From Utricularia gibba (lineage: Eukaryota; Plantae; Magnoliophyta), in NCBI GenBank assembly GCA_002189035.1, contig NEEC01000354.1:1-46522 (forward strand): 46,522 nt of DNA, written 5' to 3'. Below are positions 23,101-36,400 of the stretch, in pieces. Position numbers and translations under genes: made by a program. The first letter of the stretch is position 1, and each line of letters starts with the position of its first letter. Under the pieces are notes generated by a model. The model searched no databases. It was not told the DNA's origin and saw only the letters and a list, made by a program, of their open reading frames with translations.

Positions 23101-26059
23101 GTCGAGTCGAGCTCGGGCCCATAGTCATTTGTAGCTCGGCAAAAAACTTGATGCATTTATTAACGTTGGTTTTAATAGGCTGCCTACATGTTTTCTCAAG
23201 GAAAAGCTTGTCGTTTTTGGGCGGTGATGTCGTTGTGAACTTCGTTCTGACCCAAGGTTCGGTCTGTCCTTTGCCACATCTGGTCCTACTCGACGAAAAT
23301 CGTGATGCAGTTATTGAAGTTAGGATTTCATGAGCACCCAAAATGGTTTTCTCAACCGCATGCTTTATATTTGATAAGGCACTCTCGTGGGGCAACGGTA
23401 TCGAGCAGGAGGTCGAGTCGAGCTCGGGCCCATAGTCATTTGTAGCTCGGCAAAAAACTTGATGCATTTATTAACGTTGGTTTTAATAGGCTGCCTAAAT
23501 GGTTTTCTCAAGGAAAAGCTTGTCGTTTTGGGCGGGTGATGTCGTTGGAACTTCGTTCTGACCAAGGTTCGGTCTGTCTCCTTTGCCAATCGGTCCTACT
23601 CGACGAAAATCGTGATGCAGTTATTGAAGTTAGGATTTCATGAGCACCCAAAATGTTTTTTCAACGCATGCTTTATATTTGGAGGCGCTCTAGTGGGGCA
23701 ACGGTATCGGGCAAAAGGTCGAGTCGAGCTCGCTCCCAGAGTCATTTGTAGCCGGCAAAAAAATGATGCATTTATTAACGTTGGGTTTTAATAGGCTGCC
23801 TACATGGTTTCTCAAGGAAAAGCTTGTCGTTTCTGGGCGGTGATGTCTTTTGGAACTTCGTTCTGACCATAGGTTCGGTCTGACTCCTTTGCCACATCGG
23901 GTCCTACTCGACGAAAATCGTGATGCAGTTATTGAAGTTAGGATTCATGAGCACCCAAAATGGTTTTCTCAACCGCATGCTTTATATTTGATAGGCGCTC
24001 TCGTGGGGCAACGGTATCGAGCAGGAGGTCGAGTCGAGCTCGGGCCAGAGTCATTTGTAGCCCGGCAAAAAATTGATGCATTTATTAACGTTGGCTATTA
24101 GGCTGCCTACATAGTTTCTCAAGGAAAAGCTTGTCGTTTCTGGGCGGGTGATGTCGTTGGGAACTTCGTTCTGACCCAAGGTTCGGTCTGACTCCTTTGC
24201 CACATCGGGTCCTACTCGACGAAAATCGTGATGCAGTTATTGAAGTTAGGATTCATGAGCACCCAAAATGGTTTTCTCAACCGCATGCTTTATATTTGAT
24301 AAGGCGCTCTCGTGGGCAACGTATCGAGCAGGAGGTCGAGTCGAGCTCGGCCATAGTCATTTGTAGCTCGGCAAAAAACTTGATGCATTTATTAACGTTG
24401 GTTTTAATAGGCTGCCTACATGTTTTCTCAAGGAAAAGCTTGTCGTTTCTGGGCGGGTGATGTCGTTGTGAACTTCGTTCTGACCAAGGTTCGGTCTGAC
24501 TCCTTTGCCACATCGGGTCCTACTCGACGAAAATCGTGATGCAGTTATTGAAGTTAGGATTCATGAGCACCCAAAATGGTTTTCTCAACCGCATGCTTTA
24601 TATTTGATAAGGTGCTCTCGTGGGGCAACGGTATCGAGTAGGAGGTCGAGTCGAGCTCGGGCCCATAGTCATTTGTAGCTCGGCAAAAAACTTGATGCAT
24701 TTATTAACGTTGGTTTTAATAGGCTGCCTACATGTTTTTCTCAAGGAAAAGCTTGTCGTTTTTGGGCGGGTGATGTCGTTGTGAACTTCGTTCTGACCCA
24801 AGGTTCGGTCTGTCTCCTTTGCCAAATCGGTCCTACTCGACGAAAATCGTGATGCAGTTATTGAAGTTAGGATTTCATGAGCACCCAAACTGCTTTGTCA
24901 ATCGCATGCTTTGTAGTTGAGGAGGCGCTCTAGTGGGGCACGGTATCGGGCAAAAGGTCGAGTCGGCTCGCTCCAGAGTCATTTTTAGCCGCAAAAAAAT
25001 GATGCATTTATTAACGTTGGTTTTAAGGCTGCCTACATAGTTTCTCAAGGAAAAGCTTGTCGTTTCTGGGCGGTGATGTCTTTTGGAACTTCGTTCTGAC
25101 CAAGGTTCGGTCTGACTCCTTTGCCACATCGGGTCCTACTCGACGAAAATCGTGATGCAGTTATTGAAGTTAGGATTCATGAGCACCCAAAATGGTTTTC
25201 TCAACCGCATGCTTTATATTTGATAAGGCACTCTCGTGGGGCAACGGTATCGAGTAGGAGGTCGAGTCGAGCTCGGGCCCAGAGTCATTTGTAGCTCGGC
25301 AAAAAATTGATGCATTTATTAACGTTGGCTTTATTAGGCTGCCTACATAGTTTCTCAAGGAAAAGCTTGTCGTTTCTGGCGGGTGATGTCGTTGGGAACT
25401 TCGTTCTGACCCAAGGTTCGTCTGACTCCTTTGCCACATCGGTCCTACTCGACGAAAATCGTGATGCAGTTATTGAAGTTAGGATTCATGAGCACCCAAA
25501 ATGGTTTTCTCAACCGCATGCTTTATATTTGAGGAGGCGCTCTCGTGGGGCAACGGTATCGAGCAGGAGGTCGAGTCGAGCTCGGGCCCATAGTCATTTG
25601 TAGCTGGCAAAAAACTTGATGCATTTATTAACGTTGGGTTTTATAGGCTGCCTACATGTTTTCTCAAGGAAAAGCTTGTCGTTTTGGGCGGGTGATGTCG
25701 TTGTGAACTTCGTTCTGACCAAGGTTCGGTCTGTCTCCTTTGCCAATCGGTCCTACTCGACGAAAATCGTGATGCAGTTATTGAAGTTAGGATTTCATGA
25801 GCACCCAAAATGGTTTTCTCAACCGCATGCTTTATTTGATAAGGCACTCTCGTGGGGCAACGGTATCGAGCAGGAGGTCGAGTCGAGCTCGGCCCAGAGT
25901 CATTTGTAGCCCGGCAAAAAAATTGATGCATTTATTAACGTTGGCTTTATTAGGCTGCCTACATAGTTTCTCAAGGAAAAGCTTGTCGTTTCTGGGCGGG
26001 TGATGTCTTTTGGAACTTCGTTCTGACCATAGGTTCGGTCTGACTCCTTTGCCACATCG

Positions 26060-29000
26060 GGTCCTACTCGACGAAAATCGTGATGCAGTTATTGAAGTTA
26101 GGATTTCATGAGCACCCAAAATGGTTTTCTCAACCGCATGCTTTATATTTGATAAGGTGCTCTCTGGGGCAACGGTATCGAGTAGGAGGTCGAGTCGAGC
26201 TCGGGCCCATAGTCATTTGTAGCTCGGCAAAAAACTTGATGCATTTATTAACGTTGGTTTTAATAGGCTGCCTCAATGGTTTTCTCAAGGAAAAGCTTGT
26301 CGTTTTTGGGCGGGTGATGTCGTTGTGAACTTCGTTCTGACCCAAGGTTCGGTCTGTCTCCTTTGCCAAATCGGTCCTACTCGACGAAAATCGTGATGCA
26401 GTTATTGAAGTTAGGATTTCATGAGCACCCAAAATGCTTTTTCAACGCATGCTTTATATTGAGGAGGCGCTCTCGTGGGGCAACGGTATCGGGCAGGAGG
26501 TCGAGTCGGCTCGCCCAGAGTCATTTTAGCCCAAAAAAATTGATGCATTTATTAACGTTGGGTTTTAATAGGCTGCCTACATGGTTTCTCAAGGAAAAGC
26601 TTGTCGTTTCTGGGCGGGTGATGTCTTTTGGAACTTCGTTCTGACCATAGGTTCGGTCTGACTCCTTTGCCACATCGGGTCCTACTCGACGAAAATCGTG
26701 ATGCAGTTATTGAAGTTAGGATTTCATGAGCACCCAAAATGGTTTTCTCAACCGCATGCTTATATTTTGATAAGGGCTCTCGTGGGCAACGGTATCGAGT
26801 AGGAGGTCGAGTCGAGCTCGGGCCCATAGTCATTTGTAGCTCGGCAAAAAACTTGATGCATTTATTAACGTTGGTTTTAATAGGCTGCCTCAATGGTTTT
26901 CTCAAGGAAAAGCTTGTCGTTTTTGGGCGGGTGATGTCGTTGTGAACTTCGTTCTGACCCAAGGTTCGGTCTCCTTTGCCAATCGGTCCTACTCGACGAA
27001 AATCGTGATGCAGTTATTGAAGTTAGGATTCATGAGCACCCAAAATGGTTTTCTCAACCGCATGCTTTATATTTGATAAGGCACTCTCGTGGGGCAACGG
27101 TATCGAGCAGGAGGTCGAGTCGAGCTCGGGGAGTCATTTGTAGCCCGGCAAAAAATTGATGCATTTATTAACGTTCGGCTTTATTAGGCTGCCTACATGT
27201 TTCTCAAGGAAAAGCTTGTCGTTTCTGGGCGGGTGATGTCTTTTGGAACTTCGTTCTGACCATAGGTTCGGTCTGACTCCTTTGCCACATCGGGTCCTAC
27301 TCGACGAAAATCGTGATGCAGTTATTGAAGTTAGGATTCATGAGCACCCAAAATGGTTTTCTCAACCGCATGCTTTATATTTGATAAGGCACTCTCGTGG
27401 GGCAACGGTATCGAGCAGGAGGTCGAGTCGAGCTCGGGCCCAGAGTCATTTGTAGCCCGGCAAAAAAATTGATGCATTTATTAACGTTCGGCTTTATTAG
27501 GCTGCCTACATAGTTTTCTCAAGGAAAAGCTTGTCGTTTCTGGCGGGTGATGTCGTTGGAACTTCGTTCTGACCAAGGTTCGGTCTGACTCCTTTGCCAC
27601 ATCGGTCCTACTCGACGAAAATCGTGATGCAGTTATTGAAGTTAGGATTCATGAGCACCCAAAATGGTTTTCTCAACGCATGCTTTATATTTGAGGAGGC
27701 GCTCTCGTGGGGCAACGGTATCGAGCAGGAGGTCGAGTCGAGCTCGGGCCCATAGTCATTTGTAGCTCGGCAAAAAACTTGATGCATTTATTAACGTTGG
27801 GTTTAATAGGCTGCCTACATGTTTCTCAAGGAAAAGCTTGTCGTTTCTGGCGGGTGATGTCTTTTGGAACTTCGTTCTGACCAAGGTTCGGTCTGACTCC
27901 TTTGCCACATCGGGTCCTACTCGACGAAAATCGTGATGCAGTTATTGAAGTTAGGATTTCATGAGCACCCAAAATGGTTTTCTCACCGCATGCTTTATAT
28001 TTGATAAGGTGCTCTCGTGGGGCAACGGTATCGAGTAGGAGGTCGAGTCGAGCTCGGGCCCATAGTCATTTGTAGCTCGGCAAAAAACTTGATGCATTTA
28101 TTAACGTTGGTTTAATAGGCTGCCTAATGGTTTTCTCAAGGAAAAGCTTGTCGTTTTTGGCGGGTGATGTCGTTGTGAACTTCGTTCTGACCCAAGGTTC
28201 GGTCTGTCTCCTTTGCCAAATCGGTCCTACTCGACGAAAATCGTGATGCAGTTATTGAAGTTAGGATTTCATGAGCACCCAAAATGGTTTTTTCAACCGC
28301 ATGCTTTATATTTGATAGGCGCTCTCGTGGGGCAACGGTATCGGGGTCGAGTCGAGCTCGGCCCAGAGTCATTTTTAGCCGGCAAAAAAATTGATGCATT
28401 TATTAACGTTGGTTTTTAATAGGCTGCCTACATGGTTTCTCAAGGAAAAGCTTGTCGTTTCTGGGCGGGTGATGTTTTGGAACTTCGTTCTGACCATAGG
28501 TTCGGTCTGACTCCTTTGCCACATCGGGTCCTACTCGACGAAAATCGTGATGCAGTTATTGAAGTTAGGATTTCATGAGCACCCAAAATGGTTTTCTCAA
28601 CCGCATGCTTTATATTTGATAAGGCGCTCTCGTGGGGCAACGGTATCGAGCAGGAGGTCGAGTCGAGCTCGGGCCCATAGTCATTTGTAGCTCGGCAAAA
28701 AACTTGATGCATTTATTAACGTTGGTTTTAATAGGCTGCCTCAATGGTTTTCTCAAGGAAAAGCTTGTCGTTTTGGGCGGGTGATGTCGTTGTGAACTTC
28801 GTTCTGACCCAAGGTTCGGTCTGACTCCTTTGCCAATCGGTCCTACTCGACGAAAATCGTGATGCAGTTATTGAAGTTAGGATTCATGAGCACCCAAAAT
28901 GGTTTTCTCAACCGCATGCTTTATATTTGATAAGGCGCTCTCGTGGGGCAACGGTATCGAGCAGGAGGTCGAGTCGAGCTCGGGAGTCATTTGTAGCCCG

Positions 29001-29757
29001 GCAAAAAATTGATGCATTTATTAACGTTGGTTTAATAGGCTGCCTACATGTTTCTCAAGGAAAAGCTTGTCGTTTCTGGGCGGGTGATGTCTTTTGGAAC
29101 TTCGTTCTGACCATAGGTTCGGTCTGACTCCTTTGCCATCGGTCCTACTCGACGAAAATCGTGATGCAGTTATTGAAGTTAGGATTCATGAGCACCCAAA
29201 ATGGTTTTCTCAACCGCATGCTTTATATTTGATAAGGCACTCTCGTGGGGCAACGGTATCGAGTAGGAGGTCGAGTCGAGCTCGGGCCCAGAGTCATTTG
29301 TAGCCCGGCAAAAAAATTGATGCATTTATTAACGTTCGGCTTTATTAGGCTGCCTACATAGTTTCTCAAGGAAAAGCTTGTCGTTTCTGGCGGGTGATGT
29401 CGTTGGGAACTTCGTTCTGACCCAAGGTTCGTCTGACTCCTTTGCCACATCGGGTCCTACTCGACGAAAATCGTGATGCAGTTATTGAAGTTAGGATTCA
29501 TGAGCACCCAAAATGGTTTTCTCAACCGCATGCTTTATATTTGATAGGCGCTCTCGTGGGGCAACGGTATCGAGCAGGAGGTCGAGTCGAGCTCGGGCCC
29601 ATAGTCATTTGTAGCTCGGCAAAAAACTTGATGCATTTATTAACGTTGGGTTTTAATAGGCCCTACATGTTTTCTCAAGGAAAAGCTTGTCGTTTTGGGC
29701 GGGTGATGTCGTTGTGAACTTCGTTCTGACCAAGGTTCGGTCTGACCTTTGCCAATC
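26060..29757 (+). repeat. Tandem duplication of a six-monomer block (~1.85 kb x2)
   Basis: Seen: the class order B-D-B-E-C-A occurs at 26060-27912 and again at 27913-29757. The fourth monomer of each block carries the same rare loss of CCC(A) after GAGCTCGGG (~27125 and ~28980). Confidence 0.7.
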
Positions 29758-32700
29758 GGTCCTACTCGACGAAAATCGTGATGCAGTTATTGAAGTTAGG
29801 ATTCATGAGCACCCAAAATGGTTTTCTCAACCGCATGCTTTATATTTGATAAGGCCTCTCGTGGGGCAACGGTATCGAGCAGGAGGTCGAGTCGAGCTCG
29901 GGCCAGAGTCATTTGTAGCCCGGCAAAAAAATTGATGCATTTATTAACGTTGGCTTTATTAGGCTGCCTACATAGTTTCTCAAGGAAAAGCTTGTCGTTT
30001 CTGGGCGGTGATGTCTTTGGAACTTCGTTCTGACCATAGGTTCGGTCTGACTCCTTTGCCACATCGGGTCCTACTCGACGAAAATCGTGATGCAGTTATT
30101 GAAGTTAGGATTCATGAGCACCCAAAATGGTTTTCTCAACCGCATGCTTTATATTTGATAAGGCGCTCTCGTGGGGCAACGGTATCGAGTAGGAGGTCGA
30201 GTCGAGCTCGGGCCCAGAGTCATTTGTAGCCGGCAAAAAAATTGATGCATTTATTAACGTTCGGTTTTATAGGCTGCCTACATGTTTCTCAAGGAAAAGC
30301 TTGTCGTTTTGGCGGGTGATGTCGTTGGGAACTTCGTTCTGACCCAAGGTTCGGTCTGACTCCTTTGCCACATCGGGTCCTACTCGACGAAAATCGTGAT
30401 GCAGTTATTGAAGTTAGGATTCATGAGCACCCAAAATGGTTTTCTCAACCGCATGCTTTATATTTGAGGAGGCGCTCTCGTGGGCAACGGTATCGAGCAG
30501 GAGGTCGAGTCGAGCTCGGGCCCATAGTCATTTGTAGCTCGGCAAAAAACTTGATGCATTTATTAACGTTGGGTTTTAATAGGCTGCCTACATGTTTTCT
30601 CAAGGAAAAGCTTGTCGTTTCTGGGCGGTGATGTCGTTGGAACTTCGTTCTGACCCAAGGTTCGGTCTGACTCTTTGCCACATCGGTCCTACTCGACGAA
30701 AATCGTGATGCAGTTATTGAAGTTAGGATTCATGAGCACCCAAAATGGTTTTCTCAACCGCATGCTTTATATTTGATAAGGTGCTCTCGTGGGGCAACGG
30801 TATCGAGTAGGAGGTCGAGTCGAGCTCGGGCCCATAGTCATTTGTAGCTCGGCAAAAAACTTGATGCATTTATTAACGGTTGGTTTTAATAGGCTGCCTC
30901 ATGGTTTTCTCAAGGAAAAGCTTGTCGTTTTTGGGCGGGTGATGTCGTTGTGAACTTCGTTCTGACCCAAGGTTCGGTCTGTCTCCTTTGCCAAATCTGG
31001 TCCTACTCGACGAAAATCGTGATGCAGTTATTGAAGTTAGGATTTCATGAGCACCCAAAATGCTTTTTCAATCGCATGCTTTGTATTGAGGAGGCGCTCT
31101 AGTGGGGCACGGTATCGGGCAAAAGGTCGAGTCGGCTCGCCCAGAGTCATTTTTAGCCTCAAAAAATTGATGCATTTATTAACGTTGGGTTTTAATAGGC
31201 TGCCTACATGGTTTCTCAAGGAAAAGCTTGTCGTTTCTGGGCGGTGATGTCTTTTGGAACTTCGTTCTGACCATAGGTTCGGTCTGACTCCTTTGCCACA
31301 TCGGGTCCTACTCGACGAAAATCGTGATGCAGTTATTGAAGTTAGGATTTCATGAGCACCCAAAATGGTTTTCTCAACCGCATGCTTTATATTGATAAGG
31401 TGCTCTCGTGGGGCAACGGTATCGAGTAGGAGGTCGAGTCGAGCTCGGGCCCATAGTCATTTGTAGCTCGGCAAAAAACTTGATGCATTTATTAACGGTT
31501 GGTTTTAATAGGCTGCCTCAATGGTTTTCTCAAGGAAAAGCTTGTCGTTTTGGGCGGGTGATGTCGTTGTGAACTTCGTTCTGACCCAAGGTTCGGTCTG
31601 TTCCTTTGCCAAATCTGGTCCTACTCGACGAAAATCGTGATGCAGTTATTGAAGTTAGGATTTCATGAGCACCCAAAATGCTTTTGTCAATCGCATGCTT
31701 TAGTTGAGGAGGCGCTCTAGTGGGGCACGGTATCGGCAAAAGGTCGAGTCGGGCTCGCTCCAGAGTCATTTTTAGCCGTCAAAAAAAGTGATGCATTTAT
31801 TAACGTTGGGTTTTAATAGGCTGCCTACATGGTTTCTCAAGGAAAAGCTTGTTTCTGGGCGGGTGATGTCTTTTGGAACTTCGTTCTGACCATAGGTTCG
31901 GTCTGACTCCTTTGCCACATCGGGTCCTACTCGACGAAAATCGTGATGCAGTTATTGAAGTTAGGATTTCATGAGCACCCAAAATGGTTTTCTCAACCGC
32001 ATGCTTTATATTTGATAAGGGCTCTCGTGGGGCAACGGTATCGAGTAGGAGGTCGAGTCGAGCTCGGCCCATAGTCATTTGTAGCTCGGCAAAAAACTTG
32101 ATGCATTTATTAACGTTGGTTTATTAGGCTGCCTACATGTTTCTCAAGGAAAAGCTTGTCGTTTCTGGGCGGGTGATGTCTTTTGGAACTTCGTTCTGAC
32201 CCAGGTTCGGTCTGACTCCTTTGCCACATCGGGTCCTACTCGACGAAAATCGTGATGCAGTTATTGAAGTTAGGATTCATGAGCACCCAAAATGGTTTTC
32301 TCAACCGCATGCTTTATATTTGAGGAGGCGCTCTCGTGGGGCAACGGTATCGGCAGGAGGTCGAGTCGAGCTCGGGCCCATAGTCATTTGTAGCTCGGCA
32401 AAAAACTTGATGCATTTATTAACGTTGGGTTTTAATAGGCCCTACATGTTTCTCAAGGAAAAGCTTGTCGTTTTTGGGCGGGTGATGTCGTTGTGAACTT
32501 CGTTCTGACCAAGGTTCGGTCTGTCTCCTTTGCCAAATCGGTCCTACTCGACGAAAATCGTGATGCAGTTATTGAAGTTAGGATTTCATGAGCACCCAAA
32601 ATGGTTTTCTCAACCGCATGCTTTATATTTGATAAGGCACTCTCGTGGGGCAACGGTATCGAGCAGGAGGTCGAGTCGAGCTCGGGCCCAGAGTCATTTG

Positions 32701-33470
32701 TAGCCCGGCAAAAAAATTGATGCATTTATTAACGTTGGTTTATTAGGCTGCCTACATAGTTTCTCAAGGAAAGCTTGTCGTTTCTGGGCGGGTGATGTCG
32801 TTGGAACTTCGTTCTGACCCAAGGTTCGGTCTGACTCCTTTGCCACATCGGTCCTACTCGACGAAAATCGTGATGCAGTTATTGAAGTTAGGATTCATGA
32901 GCACCCAAAATGGTTTTCTCAACCGCATGCTTTATATTTGAGAGGCGCTCTCGTGGGGCAACGGTATCGCAGGAGGTCGAGTCGAGCTCGGGCCCATAGT
33001 CATTTGTAGCCGGCAAAAAACTTGATGCATTATTAACGTTGGGTTTTAATAGGCTGCCTACATGTTTCTCAAGGAAAAGCTTGTCGTTTCTGGCGGGTGA
33101 TGTCTTTTGGAACTTCGTTCTGACCATAGGTTCGGTCTGACTCCTTTGCCACATCGGGTCCTACTCGACGAAAATCGTGATGCAGTTATTGAAGTTAGGA
33201 TTCATGAGCACCCAAAATGGTTTTCTCAACCGCATGCTTTATATTTGATAAGGTGCTCTCGTGGGCAACGGTATCGAGTAGGAGGTCGAGTCGAGCTCGG
33301 GCCCATAGTCATTTGTAGCTCGGCAAAAAACTTGATGCATTTATTAACGGTTGGTTTTAATAGGCTGCCTCAATGGTTTTCTCAAGGAAAAGCTTGTCGT
33401 TTTTGGGCGGGTGATGTCGTTGTGAACTTCGTTCTGACCCAAGGTTCGGTCTGTCTCCTTTGCCAAATCT

Positions 33471-36400
33471 GGTCCTACTCGACGAAAATCGTGATGCAGT
33501 TATTGAAGTTAGGATTCATGAGCACCCAAAATGGTTTTTCAATCGCATGCTTTGTATTTGAGGAGGCGCTCTAGTGGGCACGGTATCGGGCAAAAGGTCG
33601 AGTCGGGCTCGCTCCAGAGTCATTTTTAGCCGAAAAAAAGTGATGCATTTATTAACGTTGGGTTTTAATAGGCTGCCTACATGGTTTCTTTGTCGTTTCT
33701 GGGTGGGTGATGTCTTTTGGAACTTCGTTCTGACCAAGGTTCGGTCTGACTCCTTTGCCACATCGGGTCCTACTCGACGAAAATCGTGATGCAGTTATTG
33801 AAGTTAGGATTTCATGAGCACCCAAAATGGTTTTCTCAACCGCATGCTTTATATTTGATAAGGGCTCTCGTGGGCAACGGTATCGAGTAGGAGGTCGAGT
33901 CGAGCTCGGGCCCATAGTCATTTGTAGCTCGGCAAAAAACTTGATGCATTTATTAACGGTTGGTTTTAATAGGCTGCCTCAATGGTTTTCTCAAGGAAAA
34001 GCTTGTCGTTTTTGGGCGGGTGATGTCGTTGTGAACTTCGTTCTGACCCAAGGTTCGGTCTGTCTCCTTTGCCAATCTGGTCCTACTCGACGAAAATCGT
34101 GATGCAGTTATTGAAGTTAGGATTCATGAGCACCCAAAAGGGTTTTCTCAACCGCATGCTTTATATTTGATAAGGCACTCTCGTGGGGCAACGGTATCGA
34201 GCAGGAGGTCGAGTCGAGCTCGGCCCATAGTCATTTGTAGCTCGGCAAAAAACTTGATGCATTTATTAACGGTTGGTTTTAATAGGCCGCCTATGGTTTT
34301 CTCAAGGAAAAGCTTGTCGTTTTTGGGCGGTGATGTCGTTGTGAAACTTCGTTCTGACCCATGGGTTCGGTCTGTCTCCTTTGCCAATCTGGTCCTACTC
34401 GACGAAAATCGTGATGCAGTTATTGAAGTTAGGATTCATGAGCACCCAAAATGGTTTTCTCAACGCATGCTTTATATTTGAGGAGCGCTCTCGTGGGGCA
34501 ACGGTATCGAGCAAAAGGTCGAGTCGAGCTCGGTCCATAGTCATTTGTAGCTCCGCAAAAAATTGATGCATTTATTAACGTTGGGTTTTTTAATAGGCTG
34601 CCTACATGGTTTCTCAAGGAAAAGCTTGTCGTTTTTGGCGGGTGATGTCGTTGGGAACTTCGTTCAACCCAAGGTTCGGTCTGACTCCTTTGCCACATCG
34701 GTCCTACTCGACGAAAATCGTGATGCAGTTATTGAAGTTAGGATGTCATGAGCACCCAAAATGGTTTTCAACCGCATGCTTTATATTTGAGGAGGCGCTC
34801 TAGTGGGGCAACGGTATCGAGCAGGAGGTCGAGTCGAGCTCGGCCCATAGTCATTTGTAGCTCGGCAAAAAACTTGATGCATTTATTAACGTTCGGTTTT
34901 AATAGGCTGCCTACATGGTTTCTCAAGGAAAAGCTTGTCGTTTTGGCGGGTGATGTCGTTGGGAACTTCGTTCGACCCAAGGTTCGGTCTGACTCCTTTG
35001 CCACATCGGTCCTACTCGACGAAATCGTGATGCAGTTATTGAAGTTAGGATTCATGAGCACCCAAAATGGTTTTCAACCGCATGCTTTATATTTGAGGAG
35101 GCGCTCTCGTGGGGCAACGGTATCGAGAGGAGGTCGAGTCGAGCTCGGGCCCATAGTCATTTGTAGCTCGGCAAAAAACTTGATGCATTTAAACGGTTGG
35201 TTTTAATAGGCCCCTCAATGGTTTTCTCAAGGAAAAGCTTGTCGTTTTTGGGCGGGTGATGTCGTTGTGAACTTCGTTCTGACCCAAGGTTCGGTCTGTC
35301 TCCTTTGCCAAATCTGGTCCTACTCGACGAAAATCGTGATGCAGTTATTGAAGTTAGGATTTCATGAGCACCCAAAATGGTTTTCTCAATCGCATGCTTT
35401 GTATTTGAGGAGGCGCTCTAGTGGGGCACGGTATCGGGCAAAAGGTCGAGTCGGGCTCGGTCCCAGAGTCATTTGTAGCCGTCAAAAAAGTGATGCATTT
35501 ATTAACGTTGGGTTTTAATAGGCTGCCTACATGGTTTCTCAAGGAAAAGCTTGTCGTTTCTGGCGGGTGATGTCTTTTGGAACTTCGTTCTGACCAAGGT
35601 TCGGTCTGACTCCTTTGCCACATCGGGTCCTACTCGACGAAAATCGTGATGCAGTTATTGAAGTTAGGATTTCATGAGCACCCAAAATGGTTTTCTCAAC
35701 CGCATGCTTTATATTTGATAAGGCGCTCTCGTGGGCAACGGTATCGAGCAGGAGGTCGAGTCGAGCTCGGCCCATAGTCATTTGTAGCTCGGCAAAAAAC
35801 TTGATGCATTTATTAACGTTCGGTTTTATTAGGCTGCCTACATAGTTTCTCAAGGAAAAGCTTGTCGTTTCTGGCGGGTGATGTCTTTTGGAACTTCGTT
35901 CTGACCCAAGGTTCGGTCTGACTCCTTTGCCACATCGGTCCTACTCGACGAAAATCGTGATGCAGTTATTGAAGTTAGGATGTCATGAGCACCCAAAATG
36001 GTTTTCTCAACCGCATGCTTTATATTTGAGGAGGCGCTCTCGTGGGGCAACGGTATCGAGCAGGAGGTCGAGTCGAGCTCGGGCCCATAGTCATTTGTAG
36101 CTCGGCAAAAAACTTGATGCATTTATTAACGTTGGTTTTAATAGGCTGCCTACATGTTTCTCAAGGAAAAGCTTGTCGTTTTGGGCGGGTGATGTCGTTG
36201 TGAACTTCGTTCTGACCCAAGGTTCGGTCTGTCACCTTTGCCAAATCTGGTCCTACTCGACGAAAATCGTGATGCAGTTATTGAAGTTAGGATTCATGAG
36301 CACCCAAAATGGTTTTCTCAACCGCATGCTTTATATTTGATAAGGCTCTCGTGGGGCAACGGTATCGAGCAGGAGGTCGAGTCGAGCTCGGTCCCAGAGT

